This document shows positions 48,140 through 61,552 of a stretch of DNA of 64,000 nt, piece by piece. This DNA comes from Stegostoma tigrinum (Eukaryota). The stretch is taken from assembly GCF_030684315.1 (NCBI RefSeq), contig NC_081371.1, positions 27,709,440 through 27,773,439 on the forward strand, read 5' to 3'. A program made the translations under genes and the position numbers. Position 1 is the first letter of the stretch; each line of letters begins with the position of its first letter. The notes under the pieces are model-generated. The model saw nothing but the letters and a program-made list of their open reading frames with translations. It did no database searches and had not been told where the DNA came from.

Positions 48140-49434
48140 AAGTTCCAGATAGGTTGAGTGAGTTAGCAGAAATTCAATTTGGGCAACATGAAGTTGTTCA
48201 CTTTGGCAGGAAGAATAAAAATATCTGAGCTTTTATTCAATGGACAGTGACTGCAAAATTCCAAAAAGTAGAAGGACTTACATGTTCTAGTACAACACAT
48301 AATCTGAAAGGTTAATTGGATGCTATCTTTTATGGGAAGAGTAGTTGAACAGCCCTTCTTGAATATATAAAAAGGAAGAGAGAAGTCAAAGTGAATATAG
48401 GCCACTTACAAAATGACGAGGATGAAATGTTAAAGGGGAACTAGGAATTGGCAGAGGGGTTGAATAAATGCTTTGCATAAGTCTTGCCAGTAGAGGGCAC
48501 TAACAGCATTACAAAACTACAAAATAATCAAGGGGCAAAGGGAGGAGTGAAAATAAATATGCTAACTGTCTCTACGGAGAAAGTGCTCAGGAAACCCAAC
48601 ATAACTAAAGAAGTCGAGAGGATTTTAAACTGATCTGGGGCATAGGCCCATGTCTGGGAAGTTGGGGTGATTCAAAGAGTGTGGAAATGCATAGATTAAC
48701 GTGAGAATGATAGACAATGGCTGGAAGAGACAGAGAATGCACGTCTGAGAGCAAATCAGCAGATACAACTAGAAGTTACAAAAATAATAAAGGACAAAAA
48801 ACTTAAGGCACTGTATTTACATGTATGTAGCAGTCATACAAAACAGATGGACTAGAAGCACAAATTGAGATAAATAAGTTCAATATGGTGGCTATAACTA
48901 GTGAATATAATAACACAATGTCCCCACCTCTGACCCAGGAGGCCTAGGTTCAAGCTTTGCTTGCTTTCTTAATGGGTTAATTAGAAAATATCTATAACTG
49001 AGACATGGCTGCAGGATGACCTAGATTGGGACCTAACTATTGAATGGAATGTAATATTTAGGAAGGGCAGGAAAGGATGGAAGAGTGACCCTGTTCCTTA
49101 AAATTGAATCTGGCACAATACAGAGTGCTGATCTAAATTCAGGAAACCAGGATATAGAAGCAGTCTGGGCAGCCAGAAGGAATGATATAGGCAAAAGGTC
49201 ATGTGTGCGAGTTGTGTATAGGTCCTCTAACAGTAACCACATTGTAGGACAAGGTATCAAGGAAGGGATAGTGCAAGCTGGTCATAATGATACAGCAATT
49301 GGGTATTTTAACCTACACACAGACTGGAAAAATCAAATGGGAAAATGTTGTCAAGATGAGAAATTTATTGAATATTTTCAGGACAATTTCTTTGAAGCAT
49401 GCGCTTGCACCAACAAAGAATATGCTATACTAGA

Positions 49435-49697
49435 TAATAAAATGTGAGGCTGGATGAACACAGCAGGCCCAGCAGCATCTCAGGAGCACAAATTGAGATA
49501 AATAAGTTCAATATGGAGGCTAGAACTAGTGAATATAATAACACAATGTCCCCACCTCTGACCCAGGAGGCCTAGGTTCAAGCTTTGCTTGCTTTCTTTT
49601 GTGCTCCTGAGATGCTGCTGGGCCTGCTGTGTTCATCCAGCCTCACACTTTATTATCTTGATTCTCCAGCATCTGCAGTTCCCATTATCACTCACAC
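49435..49697. mobile_element. Inverted Penelope-end insertion with 15-bp TSD and a captured 114-bp local segment
   Basis: TSD atatgctatactaga at 49420-49434 and 49698-49712. The centre (49485-49598) duplicates 48857-48970. Confidence 0.85.
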
Positions 49698-51104
49698 ATA
49701 TGCTATACTAGACCTGTTTTGGACCAACAAGATAGGATTAATTGCTGATCTCATAGTAAAAACACCCCTGGGTAGCAGTGACCATAACATGATTGAATTT
49801 TACATACAATTTACGAGAGAGAAATGTGGGTCCAAGACCACAATTTTGAAAGGGCATAAAAGCAGAGCTAGTGAAAGTAAGCTGGCAATTTAGGTGAAAG
49901 TACAGGTCAATAGAAATATAGGTCAATAGAGATGCAATGACAAACATTTAGCGGGGGTATTCTTAAAAAAACACAATAGACACATTCCAACAAATAAGAA
50001 CAATTCTGAGGGATGGACTTGCCATCAGTAGTTAACTACAAAAGTCAAAGGTAGTATCAAACTCAAAGGAAAAACATATAAAGATAGGTGGCAAGTCAAA
50101 ACATTGGGCATGTATATTAAATTCCAAAAAATTATTAAAAGATTAGGCAGGAGGGAAAATTAGAACTGAAGAGGAAATTTGCCAAAAATATGAAAACAGG
50201 AAAAGCTTTTAAAGATGTTTACAAAAGAAAATTATTAACAAAATAAGCAACAAAAACAGAGATTGCTGGAAAACGTCAGCAGGTCTAGCAGCAAATGTGG
50301 AGAGAAATTGGAGTTAACACATTGGATCCTACCCTTTCAAGTCCTCTAAGAATCCTTAATTTTAAAAAAACCCAAAGGAACTTTGAGATAACAAGGTGTG
50401 GAGCTGGATGAACACAGCAGGCCAAGCAGCATCTTAGGAGCAGGAAAGCTGACAGCTCCTTTGGGTTTTTTTTAAACAAAATAAATGTTGTTCTTATAAA
50501 TAATGAGTCTGGGAATTAGTAATGGAAAGTAGAGAAATGACATGAATTGAACAGATATTTTGCATCAGTTGGAGCCATTAAATGCATGGCATTAAAATTG
50601 ATGTCGGTGGAATGTCTTACAGTTCATGAGGCACTAGCACTATAAATAATTGAGTCTTTTTCAGGCTGGTAGGGTGTCATGTGTGGGCCATAGGGGTTGC
50701 TGCTGGGGCCTCAATGCTTTACAATTTATATAAATGATTTGCATCAAGGAACATGGCAGCTAAATTTACTAATGACCCAAAGATAGGTAGGAAAGTGAGT
50801 TGTAAAAAGGACATAAGAATCGCACAAATAGGATAACAAAATAATTTAAGTGAGTGGGCGAATATCTGACAAATGGTGTACAATTGGCAGAAAGAATAAC
50901 AAAATGCACATTATCTAAATGATAAGAGCTGTGGGATGTAGAGAGATCCGGGTGTCCTAGTGCATGAATTTCAGAAGGTTAGTTTGCAAGTACAGCACGT
51001 TATCAGGAAAGCTAATAGAATGCAATGGTTTTTTGCAAGGGGAATTGAATGCAAGAGCAGGGAAGTTATGCTTCAGTTATACAAGTCAGTGGTGAAACTG
51101 CAGT

Positions 51105-51340
51105 TTGGTTAGCACTGCTGCCTCACAGCACCAGGGACCCGGGTTCAATTCCACCTTCAGGTGACTGTGTGGAGTTTGCACATTCTCTCCATGTCTACGT
51201 GGGTTCCCTCCGGGTGTTCTGGTTTCCTCCCACAGTCCAAAGATGTGCAGGTTAGGTGGATTGGCCATGCTAAATTGCCGATGTGGTCTTGTTGGGCCGA
51301 AGTGCCTGTTTCCACACTGTGGGGATTCTATGATTCTATA
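51105..51340 (+). mobile_element. HE1/V-SINE-like SINE nested in CR1
   Basis: ggttagcactgctgcctcacagcaccagggacccgggttcaattcc head, V-type central domain and gattctatgattcta tail. Confidence 0.85.
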
Positions 51341-52539
51341 AATACTATGTACCGGTCATCAGACTTACAAAAGGATGTTAATGCATTAGAAGCAGTTCAA
51401 AGAAGGTTTACGAGACTAATACTTGGAATGAGAGGATTATCTTATGAGGACAGGCTAGTCAGGCAAGGCCTGTATCCTTTGGGGTTTAGAAGAGTCAGCG
51501 TGTAACTTAATTGGAATATGTAACGTCCTGAGAAGACTTGAGTGGATGGAGGTTTTGATGTAACTATGGAAAGCACTTGTCAGACCACATCTGGAATACT
51601 GCAATCAAATTGGTGACCCTCATCTAAGGAGAGATATACTGGCATCGAAGGCAGTCCAGGAAAGGTATACTGATACCAGATACAGAGGGATTGTTTTAGG
51701 AGGACAGGTTGATTAAGTTGGGTCTGTGTCATTGGCAGTCACCGAGGGGTAGAATTTAAAAGGGACTTAAGGGGCAACTTTTTCACACAAAGGATGGTGC
51801 ATGAATGGAATGAGCTGCCAAAGGAAGTGGTGGAGCCTGGTACAATTGGAATATTTAAAAGGCATCTGGATGGGTACATGAATAGGAGGCGTTTATAGGG
51901 ATATGGGCCAAATGCTGGCAAAGGGGACTTTATCGATCTAGGATATCTGGCCAACAAAGACAAATTGGACTGAAGGATCTATTTCCATGCTGTACAGCTC
52001 TATGACTCGAGATCAGAAGCTGAATGGGCTTGGCAGAACCAAAACTGAGCGCTGGTGCACAGGTTATTGTTGATGATTGAGATTAGATTGATGGCGTGGA
52101 AACTGGGCTGGTTTTGTTCTGCTTTTTCTGAACAGAACACATCGGGGCAACTTTTCAACATTGTCAGGCAGATATCAGTGTTGTAGCTATACTGGAATAG
52201 CTTAGCTACGGTTACAGCACATTCCAGAGGACAAACCTTCGCTGCTATTGCCGGAGTGCTGACAGTGCCAAAGCTTTTACAGTATCCAGTGTTGCAGTTA
52301 TTTTATGATCTCACGTGGAGTGATTTGGGGTGGTTAAAAACTGGCAACTGTGGTGCTATGGACCTCAGGTGGACCACTCAGCACTTCTGGCTGAAGATGC
52401 ATGTACATGTATGTGCTGTATTACCATTGCATGTCCTTTCCATTCATGTGCTGGATTCCACAATATACAGGATAGGATATTTATGGAGCTTCCTCCTCCA
52501 GTGAACTGTTTAATTGTCCACTACAATTCATAACAAACA

Positions 52540-53280
52540 CAAAAAAAGATTGTGGTAGCTGTTGGAGGTCAGTCATCTCAGCCACTGGATATCTGTACAG
52601 GATTTCCTCAGAGCGGTACCCATTTCCAGCTGCTTCATCAATGATCTTCCCTCCATGACAAGATCAGAAATGGGGATATTTCCTAATGATTGTCAAATAT
52701 TCATGACTCCTCAGAAACTAAAGCAGTCCAAATCCAAGTGCAGGAAGACTTGGACAATATCCAGGTTGGGCTGACAAGAAGCAAGTAATATTCATGCCAC
52801 ACACGTGCCAGGCAATGATCACCTCCAACAAGACAGAACTAAACATAATCCCCCCTTGACATTCAATGGCATCACCACTGCTGATTCACTCACTATCAAT
52901 ATCTTCGGATTTACCATTGTCAGAAACTCAGCTGGGCTAGCCATATAAGTACTGTAGCCACACAACAGGTCAGAGATTAGAAATTCTGCAGAGAGTAACT
53001 GATCTCCTAACTCCCCAGAGCCTGTCTACCAGCTACATGGCACAGATAAACAGTGCGATGAAAAACTCCAAATTGCCTGAATGAATGCAGTTCCAACAAC
53101 ACTCATGAAGCTTGTCAGAATTCTGGACAAAACCACCTACCTTTTTGGGACCACATTCAACTTACTGCACCACTGATGTTCAGTAGCAGCAGTGTGAACC
53201 ACTGCAGAATTTCTCTGAGGGTCCTCGGATGGCACCTTCCAAACTCACAACTACTTCCAGCTAGATGGACAACACCAACA
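52540..53280 (+). mobile_element. L2/CR1-group LINE RT 3' fragment (distinct family); an oppositely oriented related fragment probably lies at ~52010-52530
   Basis: Remnant SCFINDLPSMTRSEMGIFPNDC (a decayed FADD motif) with typical downstream RT C-terminal sequence. Confidence 0.65.
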
Positions 53281-53284
53281 TATA

Positions 53285-55010
53285 CATTAGGATCAGAAGT
53301 AGGCCATTTGGTTCCTCGAACCTGGTCCGCCATTTAATAAGAGCGTGGCTGACCTGTTTATATTGAGAATTTCACATTCTCATCCATGACCAACAAGCTT
53401 TGCTTTGATCTCCGTGCCTAATGAGAATCAATCTACTCTCATTTTAAACACAAACAAGGACTTCGCCTCCAGCACCTTCTGAGGCAGAGTTTCAAAATCA
53501 CACAACACACTGAGACAAAAATATTCTCCTTACCTCTGTCTTAAGACAGTAACCCTTAAATTTAAAACATTGTTCCCCAGGTCTGGACTCACCCATAAGA
53601 GAAACATCCTTTTCAAAGCAATTTGTCGAATCAGGATCTATAGATCTCAATCATGTTCCACATTTCTAATTGGTAGGGAACACAAGTTCAATCCATCCAA
53701 CCTTTCTTCATAAGCCAATCCCGTCTTTCCAGATATCATAGTAGGCCTCTTCGGAACCACTTTAAATTAATTTACATCTCTCCTTAAATATGGAGACCAA
53801 AAACCACACGCAGTATTTGTGATATAATTTCACTAATACTCTAAATAACTTCAGCATATCATCCTTACTTTTATAAAAACCGGAAGAACTGTGAATGCTG
53901 TAAATCAGAAACAAAAACAGAAATTGCTGGAAAAGCTCAGCAGGTCTGGCAGCATCTGTGGAGAGAAATCAGAGTTACCGTTCAGGTCTAGTCACCGAAA
54001 CTTTACACTGTACTCAGGTACAAAAGTATATGAGTACAGTGAAAAGTGTACAAAGTCACCATTCCCAGCACCACCTTAGCTACAAAGGTACAAAATTTTA
54101 GGTACAAAGTAGAAAAATAAAGAAATAAAGGTAATAGTTAAAATGTTGTCATTCTAAGAATAGTACAAACAAAGATTAATTCAAGCACCTAATTTAAACC
54201 AAAGCAAGCAAATATTTCCCAACGAAATAAATTAGGTTACTCCTAAATTTCCCATCACCTTGAGGTTTTTCTAAGTGCTCAGCTATAACCAAGTTGGTGA
54301 TCAATACTAACACCTTCCCAAGACAGACATCAAGCCATCTAGCTTACATTTTCTAATTGCTCGCTCCCTACTTTTTGGAAGTAGAGGAATTGTATTTGCT
54401 AATGAGCAGTTTTATGGGAACCTTCCAGAATCTAGTGAACAAAGGAAGATTAATATCAGTGCATTCACTACTTCATTGACCAGCATGAGGACCCAAGTTG
54501 TAGCAGCCACCCTTCCCTCGTAATTGTAATTTCATCCAGTTCCTCTCTCCCTTCTACCTCTTGATTTGTAGGTGTTACTGGAATGCTTTTTATCTCCTCG
54601 ATAGCAAATACAGAAGCATAATATTTGTCCATTTCATTTACCATTTCCCTATTATGTATTATTTACTTTCCAATCTCACTCTTTGGAGGACCAGCACTCA
54701 TATTACTTACTCTTTCCCTTTCTAAATTGCCGTAGAAACTGTTATTACCCTTTTTAACATTATTTGCGAGCTTCCTCTCATATTCTAACCTCTTGATAAC
54801 CTCTTTTAGCCATTTGCTACAGTTCTTAAAGTTTTGTCCAATTATCTGATCTGCTCTTCCCCTTTGTGCTTTATCCTTAAGTATGATGCTTTCCTTAATT
54901 CCTTTAGTTAAGCAAGGATGGTGAGTCCTGCCCTTAGTTTTCATCATAGGATTATGTTTATTGAGTATTTTTTAAATATCCTTTGAATACCTATCACTCC
55001 TTCTCTATTG
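53285..55010 (-). mobile_element. Decayed CR1 fragments with nested short elements
   Basis: CR1 tail at 53285-53340 and minus ORF remnant EYERKLANNVKKGNNSFY. Confidence 0.7.
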
Positions 55011-55299
55011 ACGTCTCATTGCCTAACATCCCCAAGCCTCACATTCTACTGATTCGCCATAATAAGACTTGCTTCTGGCTCTTCTCTACAATATGTGCAA
55101 AACGTGGATTGTTGCTTTATCTTTTGGTTACTAGTGTACTCCAAAATACAGTCTGAACAGATCTCTGCACCATTTAATTATGATTTCTCTGACTCTTATG
55201 CTACAGTTTGGCTGTATGATTTAATTGACTTAGCTGAGTATCATTCTGCATTATCAGATTTGTTGAGCAGTGTTTATGACCTTTGCACTCTTTCCATCT

Positions 55300-55650
55300 G
55301 AGGAAGTAATGGTATTATCGCTGGACTGTTAATCAGAGACCCGAATCATGTTCTAAAGATCCGTGTTTGAATCCCACCATGGCAGATGGTGGAATTTGGA
55401 TTCAATAAATTAAAAATCTGGAATTAAGAGTCTAATAATGACCTTGAATCTATTGCTGATTGTCAGTAAAACCCACCTGGATTATTAATGTCGTTTAGGG
55501 AAGACAACTGCCATCATTCCCTGGACTGGGCCACGTGTGATTGCAGACCCACAGCAATGTGGTTGACTCTTAACTGCCTCCTGAGCAATTAGAAATGGGT
55601 AATAAATGCTGACCTAAGCCAGTGACGTCCTCATCCTATGAATGAAAAAC
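55300..55650 (+). mobile_element. Full-length tRNA-derived SINE (second family)
   Basis: tRNA-like head (gtaatggt...gtttgaatccc), conserved body gacccacagcaatgtggttgactcttaactgcc and atgaatgaa tail. Further copies at ~6490, ~45220, ~56290-57175 and ~61060-61300. Confidence 0.75.
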
Positions 55651-56519
55651 AATCTCATCCTTAGTTACATTAATATCATTAATGGAGTACCTGTATCAGC
55701 AATTTTTCCTTCTCTGGTGCAGCAACTTAATGGCCATTGGGTTTTTAATTGATCTGAGATATGAAAACTGTCCCATCCAAAAGGAGATTGCACTCCTGAG
55801 AACGAATAGCCGTCCTTTCTCTTCTTCAAGTAGCATCAGCACAAATGGTGGCTGTTGCTGTGAGTATGGACTGTCATGAAGAATTGATGCAGTGGAGCCT
55901 GAACCCAAAAGCAAGTCTTTCCACGAACTGGGTGGCAAGCTCCAGAGAAAAGGTAAGGGGATCAGGATTGGTAGGATAAGGGATAGGGAAGCACAGAGGA
56001 GACAGACATACTTTGGTGAAGTCTTTAATGGGCGTAGAGTGCCCAACAAGGAGGCAGACATCAGATTGTTCAGTAGAAACTAAGGATCAAATCTGTAAAC
56101 TCCTTGGCCTGTGTATCTCAGTACTACAACAGCTAGTTAATTTCTCAATAGTGCCATTTGGCCCTTAGAGCCTGCTCTCTCGTTCATTATAATCATGGCT
56201 GATCATCCAACTTAAAAGCCTGTTTCCACTTACTCCCCATATGCTTTGATCCCTTTAGACCCAAATGTTCCATCCAACTCCCTTCTTTAAAATTCATTCA
56301 CAGGATGAGGGCATCACTGGCTAGGCAGCATTTATTACCCATCCCTAATTGCCCAGAGGGCACTTAACAGCCAACCACATTGCTGTGGGTCCAGATCACA
56401 CATAGGCCTGACCAGGTAAGGATGGCAGTTTACTTCCCTAAAGGACACTGGTGAAGCAGATAGGTTATTCTAACAAGTGGCAATTGTTTCACTGTCATCA
56501 TCAGACTCTTAATTATTAA

Positions 56520-57055
56520 TGTCCTTACCTCAGGAAGGACATACTGGACCTGGAGCACGTCCAGCGGAGATTCACATAGATGATCCCTGGAATGGTAGGT
56601 TTAACGTATGATGAACGGCTAAGGATCCTGGGATTGTACTCATTAGAGTTTAGAAGGTTGAGGGGAGATCTAATAGAAACTTACAAGATAATGTATGGTT
56701 TAGAAGGGGTGGACGCTAGGAAGTTGTTTCCGTTAGGCGGGGAGACTAGGACCCTTGGGCACAGCCTTAAAATTAGAGGGGTTAAATTTAAAACTGAAAT
56801 GAGACGACATTTCTTCCGCCAGAGAGTGGTGGGCTTGTGGAATTCATTGCCACGGAGTGCAGTGGAGGCCGGGACGTTGGATGCCTTCAAGGCAGAGATC
56901 GACAAATTCTTGATCTCAGAAGGAATCGAGGGCTACGGGGAGAGTGCAGGGAAGTGGTGTTGAAATGCCCATCAGCCATGATTTAAATGGCGGAGTGGAC
57001 TTGATGGGCCGAATGTCCTTACTTCCACTCCTATGTCTTATGGTCTTATGGTCTT
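56520..57055 (+). mobile_element. Young CR1 3' fragment inserted into a minus-strand SINE (56290-57175)
   Basis: Open reading frame IPGMVGLTYDERLRILGLYSLEFRRLRGDLIETYKI, CpGs retained, (tcttatgg)n tail, flanked by tcttaatt. Confidence 0.88.
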
Positions 57056-57974
57056 AATTCAAGATATTTATTGAATTTAAATTCCACCATATGCTGTGGC
57101 AGGATTCAAATCTGGGTCCCCAGAACATAATCCACGTCTCTGGGTTAGCAGTCCAGCAATAAAACCACAAGACCATTCTTGAAATCATACAATGTTTTGG
57201 CCTTGTCTACTTTCTGTGATAGTGAATTGCACAGACTCACAACTCTATGGGTGAAGAAATTTCTCCTCATTTCAGTCCTAAATGGTTTACCCTGCATCCT
57301 TAGGCTGTTGCCCCGGTTAGATTCTACAAAATTTGTGCTTACTTGTCAATATATTGTCCGTCATCGTACAAGAATCACTTTCAGGTCTATTCTTGATTTT
57401 GTTTTTGTTTATAACTTCCAAACTAATACTTAATATGTGTAAATTATGTTTTGTTCATTACATTAATGAGGCATTTTGAAGTTTAATTTAAAACATCGTT
57501 TTTAGTCCCCAGATAAAATATAAAATACTGCTGCATAGTCCAGGTCAAAAGTCCAGAGTCCAGCAGCAGTTCCACATGTAGTTACATGATACAGTTTGGA
57601 CTTGCCATGCTTTCTACCTCAGTGCTCTCTGTTGTGCAATACGTCAGAAAAAACATTCTTCACAGAGAGACTTGGAAACGTTCCAAGGCTTCAGTGAGGC
57701 AGTTTTTCACTGTCACCATGATTAAGGCATTTCTTTAGACATTCCTTTTTTTGTTTGCCTGACTTAGATAGATTTTTAATCAACTAAGTAGTCAGGGGAA
57801 AACAGGGGGGAAAGAGGGGTTAGGGCCACAATTAGATTAGCTATTATCTGATTGAAGCTGGCTCAACTAGCCTATTTCTAGTCCTATTTCTTGCATTTTC
57901 ACCATTTATCTCAAATGTCAACATGATTCATAAACTGCCATTCAAAATTCTCCATAATTACATATTCATTACTT

Positions 57975-58295
57975 TTGAATCATAGAATTCCTACAGTGTG
58001 GAAGCAGGACACTCCCCCTATCCAGTCCACATCAACTCTTTTAAGGTCAGCCCACCCACTACCCTATTCCTGTAACCCCACATTTCCCATTGCTAACCCA
58101 CACATCCCTTGACACTAGCGTGGCCAATCCACCTGACCTGCACATCTTTGGTTTGTGGGAGGAAACCCACGCAGACAAGAGGAGAATGGGCAACTGTCTA
58201 TGTGGAGTTTGCACAAAGGACCCATCAGGTCCCGAGCGATAGGGTTAGGGAGCAGTGAGGCAGCAGTGCTAACCACTGAACCACCGTGCTGCCCC
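57975..58295 (-). mobile_element. HE1/V-SINE-like SINE
   Basis: The minus strand begins ggggcagcacggtggttcagtggttagcactgctgcctcac. Confidence 0.85.
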
Positions 58296-58299
58296 AATG

Positions 58300-60140
58300 C
58301 TGCAAAAGCTTTGAGGAGGTAACAAACAGGATATGTAAAAGGGAAACAATGAACGTAAAGCATTAGGATTTTCAGAAAGAATTTGATGAGATACCGCATA
58401 TTAAAGTAACTTGTAGAGCCAATGTATTGGAGGTGGTATATTACCATGGACAGAGAATTATCTAAACAGAAGACATGGATTTGGGATGAGGGGAGGTATA
58501 ACTAATGGTGTACAACAGGGATAGGTGCAGGGTCAATATATATTGATGGCTAGGATGAAGAAAGTCGATGTACTATAGTGAAGAATGCAGATGACACATA
58601 AAAACATAGAAAATAGGAACAGGATTAGGCAATTCTGCCCTTAGAGCTTATTCCGTTATTCATTATAATCATGACTCGTTTTCACTTTCCCCCATCATAT
58701 CCTTTCATCCTTTTAGACCGAAGTGCTATATCCAACTCCTTCTTGAAATCATAAAATGTTTCTGTGGTACTGAATTCTCTCTGGGTCAAGAAATATCTCT
58801 GATCTCAGTCCTAAATGGTTTACCCTGTACCCAGTTGTGGCCCCTAGTTCTAGGTTCCCCCATCATTGGAAACACCCTCCCTACATCTACATTCTCTAGG
58901 ACGATAGAGGAATTGGATGTTATTAAATGGAGGAAGACTGCATAAAGCTATGGAGCAGACGGATTTGGGTGTCCTCGTCCATGAAAAGCTAGCATCCAAA
59001 TTCAGTGGAGAATAAAGAGGGTAAGTGAATGTTGGACTTTATTTCAAAATGTAATGAGTATAAAAGTAGAGAGGTTTTTCTAAAACCTTACGAGGCACTA
59101 ATCAGACTCCAGCTAGAATGCTGCGAGCTGATTTGGGCTTCTTTTTCAAGGAAAGCTATTACTGATATTGGAGGTAGTCCAAAGAAAGATACCAGGTATA
59201 GTACAAAACTCTGGTGCGACCGCACTTGGAGTATTGCGTACAGTTCTGGTCACTGCATTATAAGCAGGATGTGGAAGCTTTGGAAAGAGTGCAAAGGAAA
59301 TTTACTAGGATGTTGCCTGGTATGGAGGAAGGTCTTACGAGGAAAGGCTGAGGGACTTGAGGCTGTTTTGTTAGAGAGACGAAGGTTGAGAGGTGACTTA
59401 ATTGAGGCATATAAAATAATCAGAGGGTTAGATAGGGTGGATAGGGAGAGCCTTTTTCCTAGGATGGTGACGGCGAGCACGAGGGGGCATAGCTTTAAAT
59501 TGAGGGGTGAAAGATATAGGACAGATGTCAGAGGTAGTTTCTTTACTCAGAGAGTAGTAAGGGAATGGAACGCTTTGCCTGCAACGGTAGTAGATTCGCC
59601 AACTTTAAGTACATTTAAGTCGTCGTTGGATAAGCATATGGATGTACATGGAATAGTGTAGGTTAGATGGGCTTCAGATTGGTATGACAGGTCGGCACAA
59701 AATCAAGGGCTGAAGGGCCTGTACTGTGCTGTAATGTTCTATAAATAAATCTGTAACTAGAGGAACTGTCATTTGAGGTCAGGCTGAGTAGATTGAGCTT
59801 ATACTCATTGAGATTTAGAAGAATGAGAGATGACCTTATTGAAATATACAAGGGTTTAGAAGACTTGACAAGGCAGATGGGGAGAGAATGTTTCTCCTTG
59901 TAACAAAATCTAGGGCCAGTAAGTATAATCTCAGAATACGGGGTCACACACTTCAGACAGATATGAGGAGGAATTTCTTGTCTCAGGAGGTAATGAATCC
60001 TCACCATACAGCATTGTCAAGGCTGGGTCATTAAGTAAAGGAATCAAGGGTCATGGGCAAAAAAGCAGGGCTTGAGGATCAGATCAACCAGAACCTTACT
60101 GAATGGCAGATCAGACTTGATGGCCTGAATGCCATGGTCA
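58300..60140 (+). mobile_element. Decayed CR1 with a nested young CR1 copy (59205-59742) and a minus-strand CR1 tail (~58600-58900)
   Basis: 59205-59742 is nearly identical to 5846-6380. The flanks carry older RT remnants. Confidence 0.85.
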
Positions 60141-61552
60141 TATTATCATAGGAGCACATTTAGACAATTCCCAATTGTATGTACAAGAATATTTAAAGAG
60201 CTTTTAGAGGTCAAAAGAATGGTCAATGTCTGATTAAAGTTTTGGAACATTAGAATATTTTGAATTTTACAGTTATTAAACATTTGTTAATTCCATTTCA
60301 ATTGTTTTGTAGAATAATGTGAAATGGGCCTAACTGAATGGGTTGATACATTATATTTTCACCTCTGAGACCTGTGTTTGAATCAACCCTGACAAACAAT
60401 GAAAATTTACTTTCTTTGCTGGTTCTGAGGGCTTCAAAGTGTAACATTACCTATCACACAAAAATTGCACTTGCACAGAGCCTTGTACCGTCACAACATG
60501 AACTTGCCAGTAACATTACCAACTCGTGCCCCTCCAACCCTTGTTGGAATGGATATATATAAATATAACTTGCTAATTTTACAGTTGGAAGTGCTTATCC
60601 TGTTGCATGATATAATTTTTCATTGCATGTTTGATGTTTTGATTTTATTTAATGCATTGAAATCAATTCGGTAGCCCAATGATTAACATTACTGGAGTCA
60701 AATGTTCCCTAAGTATGAAATTATGCAGAAATTAGTAAATATGAAAAATTAATCTTTACTCAGCAGACAACCAATCAACACACATGGAATTCTCCATTCC
60801 TTTCATTTCACCCTCCATAGATTAGCCATGGGAAATGTAGGGCTACAGGGATAAGGTAAGGAGGTGGTTATGGATGGGTTGCTCTTTGGAGGGTTGTGTG
60901 GATTTGATGGGCTGAAAATGCCTGCTTCCACACTGTTGTGATTCTATCATACCAAATCAAGGGAATTTTTAGAAATTAGCACCAACACATCAACTAACTC
61001 ACTTACAGCTTCTGTAAAACTTTAGGATAAAGCCCATTAGGACCTACAGACATATCAGGTCATAGAAATTAAGACTCTAACAATGACCATGAATCCAATG
61101 GTCTGGAAAATTGCAAATTGTCAGGAAAAACCCATCTAGTTCACTAAAGTCCTTTAGGCAAATTAACTGGCATCCTTACCAGATCTGGACTACATGTGAC
61201 TCCAGACCCATAACAATGTGGTTGACTCTTAACTGCCCTCTGGGAGTGGCATTAAATGCTGGCCTAGTCAGTGACACCCTTATCTCATGACTGAATTTAA
61301 AAAAAGACCAAAATTTGTTCAGTACCAGTTCTCTCGTGTTTGTCATTTTCCTGTGTTCCACCCTTCTTCCTGATTTCTATGATATTACGTGAATCCTCTA
61401 AAGTGAAGACTGCTGCAAGTTGCTGTTCAATTCATCTCCCATCATCTTATTTTCCATTATTAATTCCCTAGCCTCACTTTCTAAAGCTCAAAAACTGCTG
61501 ACCAGTTGAGAAAGGCAAAATGTGATTGCCAGTCATATAGAATATTATGTGA

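Larger units (their letters stand above)
47155..52008 (+). mobile_element. Cluster of decayed CR1 LINE fragments with multiple nested insertions
   Basis: Remnants include YLHFQKTFDKISH, VAITETWLQ (interrupted), PLGSSDHNMI, DVNALEAVQRRFTRLI and several CR1 tails. Confidence 0.8.

Noticed and set aside
59029-59661. 210-aa ORF as a functional protein
   Set aside because: It is a chance in-frame fusion of an old CR1 and a nested young CR1 3' fragment.
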